Source: Cereibacter sphaeroides 2.4.1 (GTDB taxonomy: Bacteria > Pseudomonadota > Alphaproteobacteria > Rhodobacterales > Rhodobacteraceae). Taken from it: a stretch of 32,000 bases of DNA. Below are positions 1 through 9,404 of this stretch, in pieces. The DNA lies in NCBI RefSeq assembly GCF_000012905.2, contig NC_007493.2, positions 540,001-572,000 of the forward strand. The letters are read 5' to 3'. Position 1 is the stretch's first letter, and each line of letters opens with the position of its first letter. The notes beneath the pieces are model-generated. The model made no database searches. It was not told where the DNA came from and saw only the letters and a list, made by a program, of their open reading frames with translations. Made by a program: the position numbers and the translations under genes.

Positions 1-147
1 CCCGAAGGAGGAGACAAGCGCCACCCGGCCCAGATCCGCATCCTTCAGCGCATGTTCGAGCACGGCCGTCGCGCCGTGGTGCTTGTAGCGACCGTTGAGC
101 GCCGCCACGCGCTCGGCGACCGGGGCCTGGGGAACCTCACGCAGCAT
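1..147 (-). CDS. cysH: phosphoadenylyl-sulfate (PAPS/APS) reductase, first 49 codons only; the gene runs off the left edge
   Basis: Minus-strand ATG at 147 reads MLREVPQAPVAERVAALNGRYKHHGATAVLEHALKDADLGRVALVSSFG. The ...VSSFG ending is where the PAPS-reductase nucleotide-binding motif begins. The start overlaps the cysI stop (137-139) by 11 nt, the expected position in a cys operon. It is absent from the ORF track because it is truncated. Confidence 0.65.
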   Translation of the reverse strand, partial: MLREVPQAPVAERVAALNGRYKHHGATAVLEHALKDADLGRVALVSSFG

Positions 148-1807
148 CCTGCTTGCCTTCCGCCTCATAGAGCGCCGCCTTGAAGGGCGCATGGCCCACG
201 CGCCGCAGCGTGTCGAGGAACGTCTCGGAGGGCTCGCTGCGGATCTCGAGATAGGCGCGCACGATCCGTTCGACGGCGGGCACGATCTCGTCGTAGGCGA
301 AGCCCGGGCCGGTCTTCTCGCCGATGGCCGCCGTCTCGGTGCCGTCGCCGCCGAGCGTGATCTGGTAGTTCTCGACGCCGGCGCGGTCGAGGCCGAGGAT
401 GCCGATATGGCCGACATGGTGGTGACCGCAGGCATTGATGCAGCCCGAGATCTTGATCTTCAGCGGGCCCACCTCATGCTCGAGATCGAGCGTATCGAAG
501 CGCGTGGCGATCTCCTGCGCGACCGGGATCGAGCGGGCGGTGGCCAGCGCGCAGTAATCCATGCCGGGGCAGGCGATGATGTCCGAGATGAGCCCCACGT
601 TGGCCGTGGCGAGCCCCGCCTGCGCCAGCGCCGCATGGACCGCCGGAAGATCGGCCTTGTGGACATGCGGCAGGATCACGTTCTGCTCGTGGCTGATGCG
701 CAGCTCGTCATGGCCGTAGCGTTCGGCCAGATCGGCCATGACCCGCATCTGCTCGGCCGTGGCGTCGCCGGGCGTGGCCCCGTGCGCCTTCAGGCTGATC
801 GTGACGATGGCGTAATCGGCGTTGCGGTGGCGGGCAAGGTTGGTGTCCGCCCAGGCCCGGAAGATCGGATCCGCCCGGTAGAAATCGTCATAGGCGGCGG
901 TCGGCGCCTGCCGGAAGGCGGGCGGCGCGAAGGCCCGTTCGATCTCGGCCAGAAGCGCCATGTCCTGCCCGCCGAACTCGGCGCGGGTCTCGAGGAACCG
1001 CTCCTCGATGATCTCGCGCAGCGGCTCGAGCCCGGTCTCGTGGACTAGGATCTTCACCCGCGCCTTGTATTTGTTGTCGCGCCGGCCGAGCTCGTTGTAG
1101 ACGCCGAGGATGGCCTCGACATAGGGCAGCAGGTCCGCCTTGGGCAGGAAGTCGCGGACCACGCGGCCGATCATCGGCGTCCGGCCGAGGCCGCCGCCCA
1201 CGATCACCTCGAAGCCCGGCTCTCCGTCGGCGTTGCGCACCATGCGCAGGCCGATGTCGTGCGACTTCGTGACCGCGCGGTCGTTGGGCGAGCCGGTGAT
1301 GGCGATCTTGAACTTGCGCGGCAGGAACTGGAACTCGGGATGGTCGGTCGACCATTGGCGCAGAAGCTCGGCCACCGGGCGCGGATCCTCGATCTCGTCG
1401 GCGGCGGCGCCGGCGAAATGGTCCGCCGTCACGTTGCGCACGCAGTTGCCCGAGGTCTGAATGGCATGCATCCCGACGTCGGCCAGGGCCGAGAGGATCT
1501 CGGGCACGTCGCCGAGCTTGGGCCAGTTGAACTGGATGTTCTGGCGCGTGGTGAAATGGCCGTAGCCCTTGTCCCACCGCTCGGCGATCATGGCGAGCTG
1601 GCGCATCTTGCGGCTGTCGAGGGTGCCGTAGGGGATCGCCACGCGCAGCATGTAGGCATGGAGCTGCAGGTAGAGTCCGTTCATCAGCCGGAGCGGCTTG
1701 AACTCGTCCTCGGTGAGCGAGCCGTCGATGCGGCGGCGGACCTGCTCGCTGAACTGGGCGACGCGGGTGCGGACGAAGGCTTCGTCGAAGTCGGTGTAGC
1801 TGTACAT
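137..1807 (-). CDS. cysI: sulfite reductase hemoprotein (nitrite/sulfite reductase, siroheme + 4Fe-4S family)
   Basis: 556-aa ORF. It has the family-typical N-terminus (LTEDEFKPLRLMNGLYLQ...), a TTRQNIQF segment and the C-terminal Cys cluster (...ACPGMDYCALA... and ...SGCINACGHHH...). A GGAAGAGG Shine-Dalgarno lies 5 nt upstream of the ATG at 1807. Confidence 0.9.
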   Translation of the reverse strand: MYSYTDFDEAFVRTRVAQFSEQVRRRIDGSLTEDEFKPLRLMNGLYLQLHAYMLRVAIPYGTLDSRKMRQLAMIAERWDKGYGHFTTRQNIQFNWPKLGDVPEILSALADVGMHAIQTSGNCVRNVTADHFAGAAADEIEDPRPVAELLRQWSTDHPEFQFLPRKFKIAITGSPNDRAVTKSHDIGLRMVRNADGEPGFEVIVGGGLGRTPMIGRVVRDFLPKADLLPYVEAILGVYNELGRRDNKYKARVKILVHETGLEPLREIIEERFLETRAEFGGQDMALLAEIERAFAPPAFRQAPTAAYDDFYRADPIFRAWADTNLARHRNADYAIVTISLKAHGATPGDATAEQMRVMADLAERYGHDELRISHEQNVILPHVHKADLPAVHAALAQAGLATANVGLISDIIACPGMDYCALATARSIPVAQEIATRFDTLDLEHEVGPLKIKISGCINACGHHHVGHIGILGLDRAGVENYQITLGGDGTETAAIGEKTGPGFAYDEIVPAVERIVRAYLEIRSEPSETFLDTLRRVGHAPFKAALYEAEGKQDAA

Positions 1808-1833
1808 GGCTGCCTCTTCCCGGACCGGTGGCG

Positions 1834-2139
1834 TCAGAGCGCCGCCGCCTCCTGCTTGCCGTGGCGATAGTTCGAGGGGCCGCGCGTGCGGAAGACCTCA
1901 CGGAAATGGATGGGCTCGGGGCCGTCGGGGCCGGCCTTCGCGTCGGCAAGATAGGGGCCCACCACCTCGGCCTTGCGCGCCGCCGCATGGAGCAGGCGGA
2001 GCTGGGCGTGGGCCTCATCCTCGACCAGTTCGGCCTCGTGGTGATGGCGGGTCCAGCGGTCGTCCGCCGTCAGATAGACGACGTCGCCCTCGAGGAGCGC
2101 ATTGGCGGTGACGACCTTCGGGATGTAGGGGCGGCTCAT
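1834..2139 (-). CDS. DUF2849-domain protein (small protein commonly found between cobA/cysG and cysI in alphaproteobacteria)
   Basis: 101-aa ORF. Its ATG (2139) overlaps the cobA stop in an ATGA junction (2136-2139). Its position between the siroheme methyltransferase and cysI matches my recollection of the DUF2849 family. Confidence 0.75.
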   Translation of the reverse strand: MSRPYIPKVVTANALLEGDVVYLTADDRWTRHHHEAELVEDEAHAQLRLLHAAARKAEVVGPYLADAKAGPDGPEPIHFREVFRTRGPSNYRHGKQEAAAL

Positions 2140-2909
2140 GCGGTGGCTTCCTTCAGGAGGGGCAGGGCGGCTGCGGCCCGGCGCGGCGCGAGGCCGTAGA
2201 GGACGATGGCGGGGCCGGAGAGGCCGGCTACGGCCTCGGGCAGGGTGGCGAGGGTGGCGGCGACGATCCGTTCGTCGGCGCGGCTCACGTTCTCGATCAC
2301 CGTCACGGGGGTCTCGGGGTCCGCCCCATGCATCATCAGGCGGCCCTGGATGAAGCGGGCCGACTTCTTGCCCATGTAGATGGCGGCGACCTCGCCCACC
2401 CGGGCCAGCCCGCGCCAGTCCTGCTCGGCGTAGCCCGCCATGTCGTGGCCGGTCACGATCCGCAGCGCCGCGTTGCGCCCGCGCTTCGTGAGGCCCTGAC
2501 CGATGGCCGCCGCGGCGGCGGCGGCCGTGGTCAGGCCGGGCACGATGCGCCAGCCGAGACCCGCGGCATCGAGCGCCTCGATCTCTTCGTCGAGCCTACC
2601 GAAGATGCCGCTGTCGCCGGACTTCAGCCGCACCACGCGGCGCCCCGACGCGGCATGGTCCACGATCAGCGCGTTGATCGTCTCCTGCGGGGTCGAGGGG
2701 CCGAAGCCCTCCTTGCCCGCCTCGATCCGGAGCGCCTGCGGCGGGATCAGATCGAGGATCTCGGGCCCGACCAGCCGGTCATGGATGACGACCTCGGCCT
2801 GCGTCAGCGCCCGGCAGGCGCCCATGGTCAGGTGGTCGATGGAGCCGGGGCCGGCGCCGACGAAGATGACCTGTCCGGGGGCGGTGAGCGGGTTCAGCAT
2901 CCTTGCCAT
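2136..2909 (-). CDS. cobA: uroporphyrinogen-III C-methyltransferase (siroheme branch)
   Basis: The C-terminal ~255 aa of the 407-aa ORF carry the GQVIFVGAGPGSIDHLT SAM-binding N-terminus and downstream RLKSGDSGIFGR and PGLTTAAAAAA motifs. The real start is probably the ATG at 2909 or 2900. The upstream part of the ORF overlaps the divergent lrp promoter region and is not credible. Confidence 0.85.
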   Translation of the reverse strand: MARMLNPLTAPGQVIFVGAGPGSIDHLTMGACRALTQAEVVIHDRLVGPEILDLIPPQALRIEAGKEGFGPSTPQETINALIVDHAASGRRVVRLKSGDSGIFGRLDEEIEALDAAGLGWRIVPGLTTAAAAAAAIGQGLTKRGRNAALRIVTGHDMAGYAEQDWRGLARVGEVAAIYMGKKSARFIQGRLMMHGADPETPVTVIENVSRADERIVAATLATLPEAVAGLSGPAIVLYGLAPRRAAAALPLLKEATA

Positions 2910-3042
2910 CCATTGCTGGGAGTTCGCCGCCCAATCTAGGACATTTTCCCCCTTGGATGCCATATCCGCTTGCAGATAAGGAAGATCGTTCCGTATGCTG
3001 CGGCGGATGGAACCTGGTTCCGCAGGAAGGGGAGTTGCGCGG

Positions 3043-3504
3043 ATGGCGGTCCGGCTGGACGAGATGGACAGGAAAATCCTTGCCGAGCTGCAGGCGGACG
3101 CGAGCCAGTCGCTCGATGAGATCGCGCGCAAGGTGGGCTCGTCGAAGACGCCGGTGTGGAATCGCATCCGCCGGATGCGCGAGGCCGGGGTGATCCTGCG
3201 GCAGACGGCGCTCCTCGATGCCGAGGCGCTGGGGCTCGAGGCCTGCTTCTTCGTGCTGATCCGCACCTCCGAGCACGAGGCCGAGTGGCAGCGGAAGTTT
3301 CTCAAGGCCCTGCGGGAACGGCCCGAGGTGCTCGAGGCGCACCGGCTGGCTGGCGACATCGACTATATCCTCAAGGTCCGGGTGGCCAATGCGCGGGCCT
3401 ATGACACTTTCTACCAGGCGCTCATATCCGAGGTCCGTATCTACAATGTGACGGCGCTCCTCTCGATGGAGGAGATCAAGGCCACGACCGTCCTGCCGGT
3501 CTGA
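3043..3504 (+). CDS. Lrp/AsnC-family transcriptional regulator
   Basis: MAVRLDEMDRKILAELQADASQSLDEIARKVGSSKTPVWNRIRRMREAGVI is a textbook Lrp/AsnC HTH, followed by an AsnC-type ligand-binding fold. The gene is divergent from cobA. The start was chosen at the ATG at 3043 inside ORF 2995..3504. Confidence 0.85.
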   Translation: MAVRLDEMDRKILAELQADASQSLDEIARKVGSSKTPVWNRIRRMREAGVILRQTALLDAEALGLEACFFVLIRTSEHEAEWQRKFLKALRERPEVLEAHRLAGDIDYILKVRVANARAYDTFYQALISEVRIYNVTALLSMEEIKATTVLPV

Positions 3505-3674
3505 CCCGCCGCGCAGGCGGCGCTCTCCGGCGCCGCGTGCCGCCGCCGGCTGCGTCCTGTCGGCGAGCGGGGCAGAGCAGGTGGGGGGAGCGGGAGCCTT
3601 GCGACGGAGAGGGCCGGCGCCTCCACCTCTTCCGTGGCCGGCCTCCCTGACGCGGAGAGGGCGTGCCGCCCCGC

Positions 3675-4856
3675 TCAGGCCGACACGATCAGCCGCTCGA
3701 GCCCCCGGAAGTGCCAGCTGTCCCCGTAGGACGGCGGCTTCACCAGCTGCAGGTTGGGCAGCCGCCCGAACAGGATCGGCAGCGCGGTCGCCAGCTCGAG
3801 CCGCGCGAGCGGCGCACCGAGGCAGAAATGCAGCCCCGCGCCGAAGGCCAGATGCGTCTTCTCGGGCCGGTTCCAGAGGAAGCGGTCCGGCCGCTCCCAG
3901 GGGCCCGGGTCGCGGTTCGCCGCCCCGAGGAGGAGCGCCACCTCGCAGCCCTCCTCGATGGTCCGCCCCATGATCTCGACCCTCTCGTAGGCCATGCGAC
4001 GGAACAGGTGGAGCGGCGGGTCGAAGCGCAGCAGTTCCTCGACCGTGCCCAGCAGATGCGGCGGCGCAAGCGCCTCGGGCGGCGTGCGGTGGCGCAGCAG
4101 GACGGCCGCCGCATTGCCGATGGCATGGACCGCCGCCTCGTGGCCCGCGTTCAGGATTAGGATGCAGGTCGAGACGATCTCGTCGGTCGAGAGCTGCTGC
4201 CCGTCGGCTTCGGCCGCGATGAGATGGGTGAGCAGATCGTCGGCCGGCGCGTGGCGCCGGGCTTCGATATGAAGCCGCAGGAAATCCGAGAAGTCGGCGG
4301 CGGCCAGCGCCGCGCGCTCTTCCGTCTTGCGGGTGCGGCCCGCCTGATACATGGCAACCATCGCCGACGACCAGCGCAGCAGTTCGGGCGCCAGCGACTC
4401 GGGGATGCCGATCAGCCGCGCGATCAGCGTGATGGGCAGGCGCTGGCTGAAGGCGGGCAGCAGATCGAACGGGCCCTCGGGCACCGCGGCCACGAGGCTC
4501 TCCGACAGGGCCGCGACCTCGGGCTGCATGGTGCCGATGCGGCGGCTGGTGAAGGCGCGCAGCACGAGGTTGCGCAGCCGCGTGTGGCGGGGCGGCTCGA
4601 GCTCCAGCATGGAATGGGCCTCGACCGCCGCGAAGGGCGCGAGATGATCGGGGACGGCTGAAGCCCGTCCGGGGGGCACCTCGCGGCCGAAGCGCCGGTC
4701 GCGCAGGATGGCGTTGGCGGCAGCGTAGGAAGTGGTGCAGACGAGCCCCAGCTCCTCCCAGTGGAAGAAGGGTCCGGCCGCGCGTGCCTCGCGATAGAAG
4801 CGGTAGGGATTGCGCAGGAAGCGGCGGTCGTGCGGGGATTGGCTCAGGGTCTGCAT
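3675..4856 (-). CDS. cytochrome P450
   Basis: The heme-thiolate signature FGAGLHFCLGAPLARLE lies near the C-terminus, with an ILNAGHEAAVHAIGN I-helix and an EELLRFDPP (ExxR) region. The start was taken as the ATG at 4856 (MQTLSQSPHDRRFLRNPY...). Confidence 0.85.
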   Translation of the reverse strand: MQTLSQSPHDRRFLRNPYRFYREARAAGPFFHWEELGLVCTTSYAAANAILRDRRFGREVPPGRASAVPDHLAPFAAVEAHSMLELEPPRHTRLRNLVLRAFTSRRIGTMQPEVAALSESLVAAVPEGPFDLLPAFSQRLPITLIARLIGIPESLAPELLRWSSAMVAMYQAGRTRKTEERAALAAADFSDFLRLHIEARRHAPADDLLTHLIAAEADGQQLSTDEIVSTCILILNAGHEAAVHAIGNAAAVLLRHRTPPEALAPPHLLGTVEELLRFDPPLHLFRRMAYERVEIMGRTIEEGCEVALLLGAANRDPGPWERPDRFLWNRPEKTHLAFGAGLHFCLGAPLARLELATALPILFGRLPNLQLVKPPSYGDSWHFRGLERLIVSA

Positions 4857-5184
4857 CGATAGGCGGTCGTCCGGAAGGAGCGGGGCGCACCGCGCTTCTG
4901 CGGCGGCGCCCCTATCAGTCCCCAAGGAAGATGGCGGAGGGGCCGCGTCCTGTCCAGTGCCACCGCTCCCGCTTCAAGGCGCTCAAGCCATTCGGAAGAC
5001 GCGAGAAGATCGTGAGGGGGCCCGCTCATGCCGGAGGGGTCTCCGGCTGCCCGGCATTGCCTGCGTTCCGGGCGCACGCCCGGGTCTCGGGTGTCGGCTG
5101 TCAAGGCCCCCGAGCCACAAGCGACCGCTCCCTGGGCGACCGTCTGGAACGGTCCCCTCGCAGCCAGCCTTCGGAGGCCGGAGC

Positions 5185-5922
5185 TCAGGCGGCCGAAAGG
5201 GCCGCCACGATCCCGCCGAAATCCGCGGCCTTGAGGCTCGCGCCGCCGACCAGCGCGCCATCGACATTCGGCACGGCGAAGATCTCGGCCGCATTCGACG
5301 GCTTCACCGAGCCGCCGTAGAGCAGCCGGAAGCCCTCCGCATCCGAAAACCGCTCGGCGAGCCGCGCGCGGAGGAAGGCGTGAACCTCGGCGATCTCGGC
5401 GGTCGTGGGCGTGCGGCCGGTGCCGATGGCCCAGACCGGCTCGTAGGCGATCACGGTGTTGGCCGCGGTGGCGGCTTCCGGCACCGAGCCCGCAAGCTGT
5501 GCCCCGATCACGTCGAGCGTCTGGCCCGCGTCGCGCTGGGCCTCGGTTTCGCCCACGCAGACGATGGCGACAAGGCCCGCGCCCCAGGCCGCTTCGGCCT
5601 TCAGCCGCACGAGCGAGTCCGTCTCGCCATGATCGGCGCGGCGTTCGGAATGGCCGAGAATGACGTGGCTCGCCCCGGCATCGGCGAGCATGGCGGCCGA
5701 GACGTCGCCGGTATGGGCGCCGGAGGTCTTGGGGTGGCAGTCCTGCCCGCCGACCATCAGGCCCTGCGCCGCGCGTCCCGCCATGCGCGCAACAAGCGTT
5801 GCGGGCGGACAGATCAGCATCTCGCAGCGGGGCGACGGATGCGCGGCGAGCAGGGCGTCGATCTCGCCCAGATCCGCCTCGGTTCCGTTCATCTTCCAGT
5901 TTCCGGCCGCAAGTTTGCGCAT
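5185..5922 (-). CDS. tpiA: triosephosphate isomerase
   Basis: [13 protein letters not shown]..., ILGHSERR and [10 protein letters not shown] motifs are present. The start at 5922 is preferred over 5934 or 6012 on N-terminal conservation. Confidence 0.92.
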   Translation of the reverse strand: MRKLAAGNWKMNGTEADLGEIDALLAAHPSPRCEMLICPPATLVARMAGRAAQGLMVGGQDCHPKTSGAHTGDVSAAMLADAGASHVILGHSERRADHGETDSLVRLKAEAAWGAGLVAIVCVGETEAQRDAGQTLDVIGAQLAGSVPEAATAANTVIAYEPVWAIGTGRTPTTAEIAEVHAFLRARLAERFSDAEGFRLLYGGSVKPSNAAEIFAVPNVDGALVGGASLKAADFGGIVAALSAA

Positions 5923-6033
5923 CTTCTTCCCCATCCTTTTCGCGTTGGGGCAAGTGTTAAGCGATTGCGGCAGGCGGGGGAAGCCTCGGGCGCCGTCGCA
6001 CCCCGGCGGCACCCGGATCGGCGCGTCCGGCTC

Positions 6034-6390
6034 TCAGGCCTCGGCTTCGCGGAACTTGATCGATTCGCCGCAGCCGCAGGCATCCACGACATTGGGATTG
6101 CGGAACTTGAAGCCGGATTCGATCAGCCCGGTCTCATAGTCGATTTCGGTGCCGAACAGGAACATCTGCGCCATGGGCGCGATCATCACGCGCGCGCCGT
6201 CCTGCTCGACCGTCTCGTCCATCGGGTTGATGTCCGACACATAGTCCATCGTATATTCCATGCCCGCGCAGCCGCCCTTCTTGACGCCGATGCGCAGACC
6301 TTTCGAGCCCTGCTTCTGCATCAGCCGGGCGATCTGCTTCGCCGCGGCGGGGGTGAGGGTGACGGCCTGCTTGCCGGGAATGGAGAACAT
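6034..6390 (-). CDS. A-type iron-sulfur cluster carrier (HesB/IscA/SufA/ErpA family)
   Basis: 118-aa ORF with LRIGVKKGGCAGMEY and a C-terminal CGCGESF-like motif (ACGCGESIKF), characteristic of A-type carriers. Confidence 0.9.
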   Translation of the reverse strand: MFSIPGKQAVTLTPAAAKQIARLMQKQGSKGLRIGVKKGGCAGMEYTMDYVSDINPMDETVEQDGARVMIAPMAQMFLFGTEIDYETGLIESGFKFRNPNVVDACGCGESIKFREAEA

Positions 6391-6473
6391 CGAAGAAACC
6401 TCTCGCTGGTCCGAGGGATATGGGCTGCGGAGACGCCCGTCTCAAGTCCTCCGCAGGACGACGGGCGGCCGCC

Positions 6474-6836
6474 TCACATGAAGCCGAGCTCCAGCCGTGC
6501 CTCGTCGGACATCATGTCCATGCCCCAGGGCGGATCGAACGTCATGCCCACGACGACGCTCTTCACGCCCGCGATGGGCTCGACCGCGTCCTGCACCCAG
6601 CCCGGCATCTCGCCCGCGACAGGGCAGCCCGGTGCCGTGAGCGTCATGAGGATCTCGACCTCGTTCTCGGCCGAGACGTCGATCGTGTAGATCAGGCCGA
6701 GATCGAAGATGTTCACCGGGATTTCCGGGTCGTAGACCGTGCGGCAGGCCTCCACAATGCTGTCGTAGAGCGGGTGGTCGGTCGTCGACGGCTTGATGAG
6801 GGGCGCGCCCTCGATCATGTCCTGCTGCTGGTTCAT
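6474..6836 (-). CDS. sufT: SUF-system Fe-S assembly protein SufT (DUF59/MIP18 family)
   Basis: 120-aa ORF with VYDPEIPVNIFDLGLIY and TLTAPGCPVAG, the DUF59 signature. It is adjacent to the A-type carrier gene. Confidence 0.85.
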   Translation of the reverse strand: MNQQQDMIEGAPLIKPSTTDHPLYDSIVEACRTVYDPEIPVNIFDLGLIYTIDVSAENEVEILMTLTAPGCPVAGEMPGWVQDAVEPIAGVKSVVVGMTFDPPWGMDMMSDEARLELGFM

Positions 6837-7123
6837 GGGACTCTCGCGCGGTTTGTTGACTGATTATATAGGGAATGCGGGGCCCGAGGTCCAGTGGCGT
6901 GAAGGGTCGCTTCCGCCGCAGGCGCCGCGAAAGGCCGCAGGCCGCCCGGCAGCGTTCTCCCTCCGGCGCATGACGAGGCCCGCCGCCCCGACAGGGTCGG
7001 AAGCGCAGACCGTGGACCTGTCCTGCAGGCCAGAGCTCGGTCAGGGTCGCGCGCCTGCGTGCTTGACTTCCCCCGCCGGAGACTTCTTCTCGGAGACAGG
7101 ACGGACAGGCGGCGCGAGGTGAC

Positions 7124-7927
7124 ATGCTGAAACAGGTGATCTGCATCAACTGGGGGACGAAATACGGGCCCCGGTTCATCAACCGGCTTTACGCGATGGT
7201 GGCCCGGAACATCACGCCCCCGTTCAGCTTCACCTGCTTCACCGACAACGAAGAGGGCATTCGCCCCGAGGTGGATTGCCAGCCGCTGCCGCCGCTCGAT
7301 TTCGTGATGCCCAAGAACACGAAGGGCAAATGGCCCAAGGCGCGGCTCTGGAGCCCGACGCTCGGCGATCTGAAGGGGCCGGTGCTGTTTCTCGATCTCG
7401 ATCTGGTCATCACCGGCTCGCTGGACGAGTTCTTCACCTACGGAGACCCGGACAGGGTGATCCTCGCGCGCAACCCCGCCAAGCCCTTCGAGCGTCTCGG
7501 TCAGACCTCGGTCTTCCGCTTTCCGGTGGGCAAGCTCGTGGAGTTGCAGCGGATCTTCCTCGCGGATCCACAGGCGGTGGCCGACGAATATCGCTTCGAG
7601 CAGAGGTTCGTGACCATGAACGCGCCGGGCGGCGTGGATCTGTTTCCCAAGGCATGGGTCCGCCATTTCCGCTATCAGTGCATGCTGCCCTTCCCGCTGA
7701 ACCTCGCCCTGCCGCCGCGTCTGCCGCAGGGAGCGAAGATCGTGATCTTTCCCGGAGGCGTGCATCCCGAACATGCGATCCAGGGCGGATGGGTGCGTCG
7801 CGAGGGCTGGACCCTCGGGCAGCATCTGAAAGGGCTGGCCGAGCGTCATGCCGACGGCTCCCGCTGGCGGTATCTGCGCCATTACATGCGCCCGACCGGC
7901 TGGGTGGCCGACCACTGGAAGGAATGA
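7124..7927 (+). CDS. putative glycosyltransferase (nucleotide-diphospho-sugar transferase fold); function uncertain
   Basis: 267-aa ORF with host-like codon usage. The VICINWGTKYGPRFINRLYAMV N-terminus and the FLDLDLV (DxD-like) motif resemble small GT-A enzymes. The assignment is from motif memory only. Confidence 0.6.
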   Translation: MLKQVICINWGTKYGPRFINRLYAMVARNITPPFSFTCFTDNEEGIRPEVDCQPLPPLDFVMPKNTKGKWPKARLWSPTLGDLKGPVLFLDLDLVITGSLDEFFTYGDPDRVILARNPAKPFERLGQTSVFRFPVGKLVELQRIFLADPQAVADEYRFEQRFVTMNAPGGVDLFPKAWVRHFRYQCMLPFPLNLALPPRLPQGAKIVIFPGGVHPEHAIQGGWVRREGWTLGQHLKGLAERHADGSRWRYLRHYMRPTGWVADHWKE

Positions 7928-8196
7928 CGGGCGCAGGGGGCTGCCGCGACTCCTGTGTGCAGCGCCCAATGTCCGGCGTGATCGGCACTGACATAATCAA
8001 CGGGTTAGGAGACAGGTGTCGCGCGCTCTCCGGATCCCTTGCCGTGCGCGGAGGGGCGGGATCCGGCGCTGCGCTGCGTCACCTGAACCCGAAAGCAAGG
8101 TCGGCGCGATCGAGCGTGAGGGGCGCTGGAGATGCGCAATATTGCACCGCAGATCCCGTGCGGCATGCGCCTCCGGCGCTTCGGCGCTGTCGGGGA

Positions 8197-8547
8197 TCAG
8201 ACGAGGGTCCGATGCTCCTGGCTCATCAGATCCTCGGCCACGAAACCTGCGCTCCGGGCGGCAGCGATGAAGGAGCGGCGGGCGCTGCCGACCGAGCCCA
8301 CGCAATCCATGGCGGCTTCAAGATGATGGATGGCACGCCGCCGCGCGTCATTCTCGACCGGCCATCTACGGCGCAGCCAATATCTCGCCTGTTCGATGGT
8401 CGTGAATTTCTGCACGTCCCCTTCCGGAGACACGACGAAGGACAGGGGTTCCCCCCAATGAATTTCGATCAAGTCAGTTCTTTCGGATGAAGAGAACCGC
8501 GCAGCCTGACAGGCCGCTGCGGTTCGAATGAAAGCGGGCAGCTTCAA
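8197..8547 (-). CDS. DUF982-domain protein
   Basis: ...FTTIEQARYWLRRRWPVENDARRRAIHHLEAAMDCVGSVGSARRSFIAAARSAGFV matches the DUF982 pattern (W-P..., helical tail, ...aF..AA..aG). The ORF opens with TTG at 8547 and has no early ATG, so the start is uncertain. Confidence 0.65.
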   Translation of the reverse strand: MKLPAFIRTAAACQAARFSSSERTDLIEIHWGEPLSFVVSPEGDVQKFTTIEQARYWLRRRWPVENDARRRAIHHLEAAMDCVGSVGSARRSFIAAARSAGFVAEDLMSQEHRTLV

Positions 8548-8580
8548 GCCGCCCCGCTTTCCGATCTCAGCAGGCGTCGC

Positions 8581-8787
8581 TCAGGCGAGAACGAGGTTCG
8601 TCGCCGATTCGCGGCCGTTGCGATCACGCTCGAGGTCGAAGCTCACAGCCTGGCCGTCATCGAGTTGCCGAATGCCGGCGCGCTCAAGAGCGGTCACATG
8701 GACGAAAACGTCCTTCGAGCCGCCCGCCGGAGCGATGAAGCCGAACCCTTTGGTTGCGTTGAACCACTTCACGGTGCCATTGGCCAT
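8581..8787 (-). CDS. cspA: cold-shock protein (CspA family)
   Basis: [31 protein letters not shown] carries the RNP1/RNP2 motifs. The start is at 8787, with a GGAGACA Shine-Dalgarno upstream. A leader over 100 nt long lies upstream, as is usual for csp genes. Confidence 0.9.
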   Translation of the reverse strand: MANGTVKWFNATKGFGFIAPAGGSKDVFVHVTALERAGIRQLDDGQAVSFDLERDRNGRESATNLVLA

Positions 8788-9404
8788 CGTGATGTCTCCT
8801 GTCTCGTTCGCCACCCGCGTGATGCGGTGGCCTGGCTCAGTTTCGTCAGAGTCGCAACTGAAGCCGTAAGGAAACAGAAGTTCAAAAGAGGATGCTTAGC
8901 CCGGTCTTCATGACAGACAATTTCGTTTCACACAAGCCATGGTGGAAAATCGCTCGCCGTAAAGATGCGGGTCCTTTCGGCAGGCGAGGGTGGACCCGGC
9001 AGAACCTCCGGGCATCGCGGCCCAATCGAGAGGCGGGCCATGGCGCCGCGCCGGCTCCGAGCTGACGCTCCAGCTGGCTCTGGCTTGGCCTGCGGCATCG
9101 CCATGCGGGCGAGGAAGAGCCGCAGACGGGCCCGCTTGCAGCCCGAAGCGGCTCCGTCGGTCAGAGGCGGGCGAAGGTCCGAAGCCGTCCATGCTCAGAC
9201 CTTCGCGCTCCCTGCCGCACGGGAGAGGCGCTGGCGCGCGGGGCCGCAAGCGGACAGACGCACCTCCTTCGGCGCGCGACAGGATCGACCTGCTGCAGGC
9301 GCTTCCTGGGCATCGCTGAAACCTGCTTCATGGCGCACCTCGCCTCGGTCGGATGGGTGGGGTTCGGGCCGCGGGGCCGAAGCCCGATCGCGGCCGGGCA
9401 ACGC

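Noticed and set aside
6888-7018. Possible cobalamin riboswitch in the sufT leader, because the minus strand contains GCCACTGG (6891-6898) and a closing GGTCCA/TGGACC helix.
   Set aside because: The core elements I remember for the B12 element are absent (the GGGAA...GGTG.AA.TCC region and the AGCCAGGAGACCTGCC-type B12 box). The context (Fe-S assembly) also does not fit.
7928-9404. ORFs in the gaps flanking DUF982/cspA (7997..8305-, 8016..8270+, 8908..9249-, 8965..9438+, 9161..9415-).
   Set aside because: Their products are Arg/Pro/Ala-rich with no motifs, and they overlap one another in several frames. The 8788-8950 part is better explained as the long 5' leader typical of csp genes.
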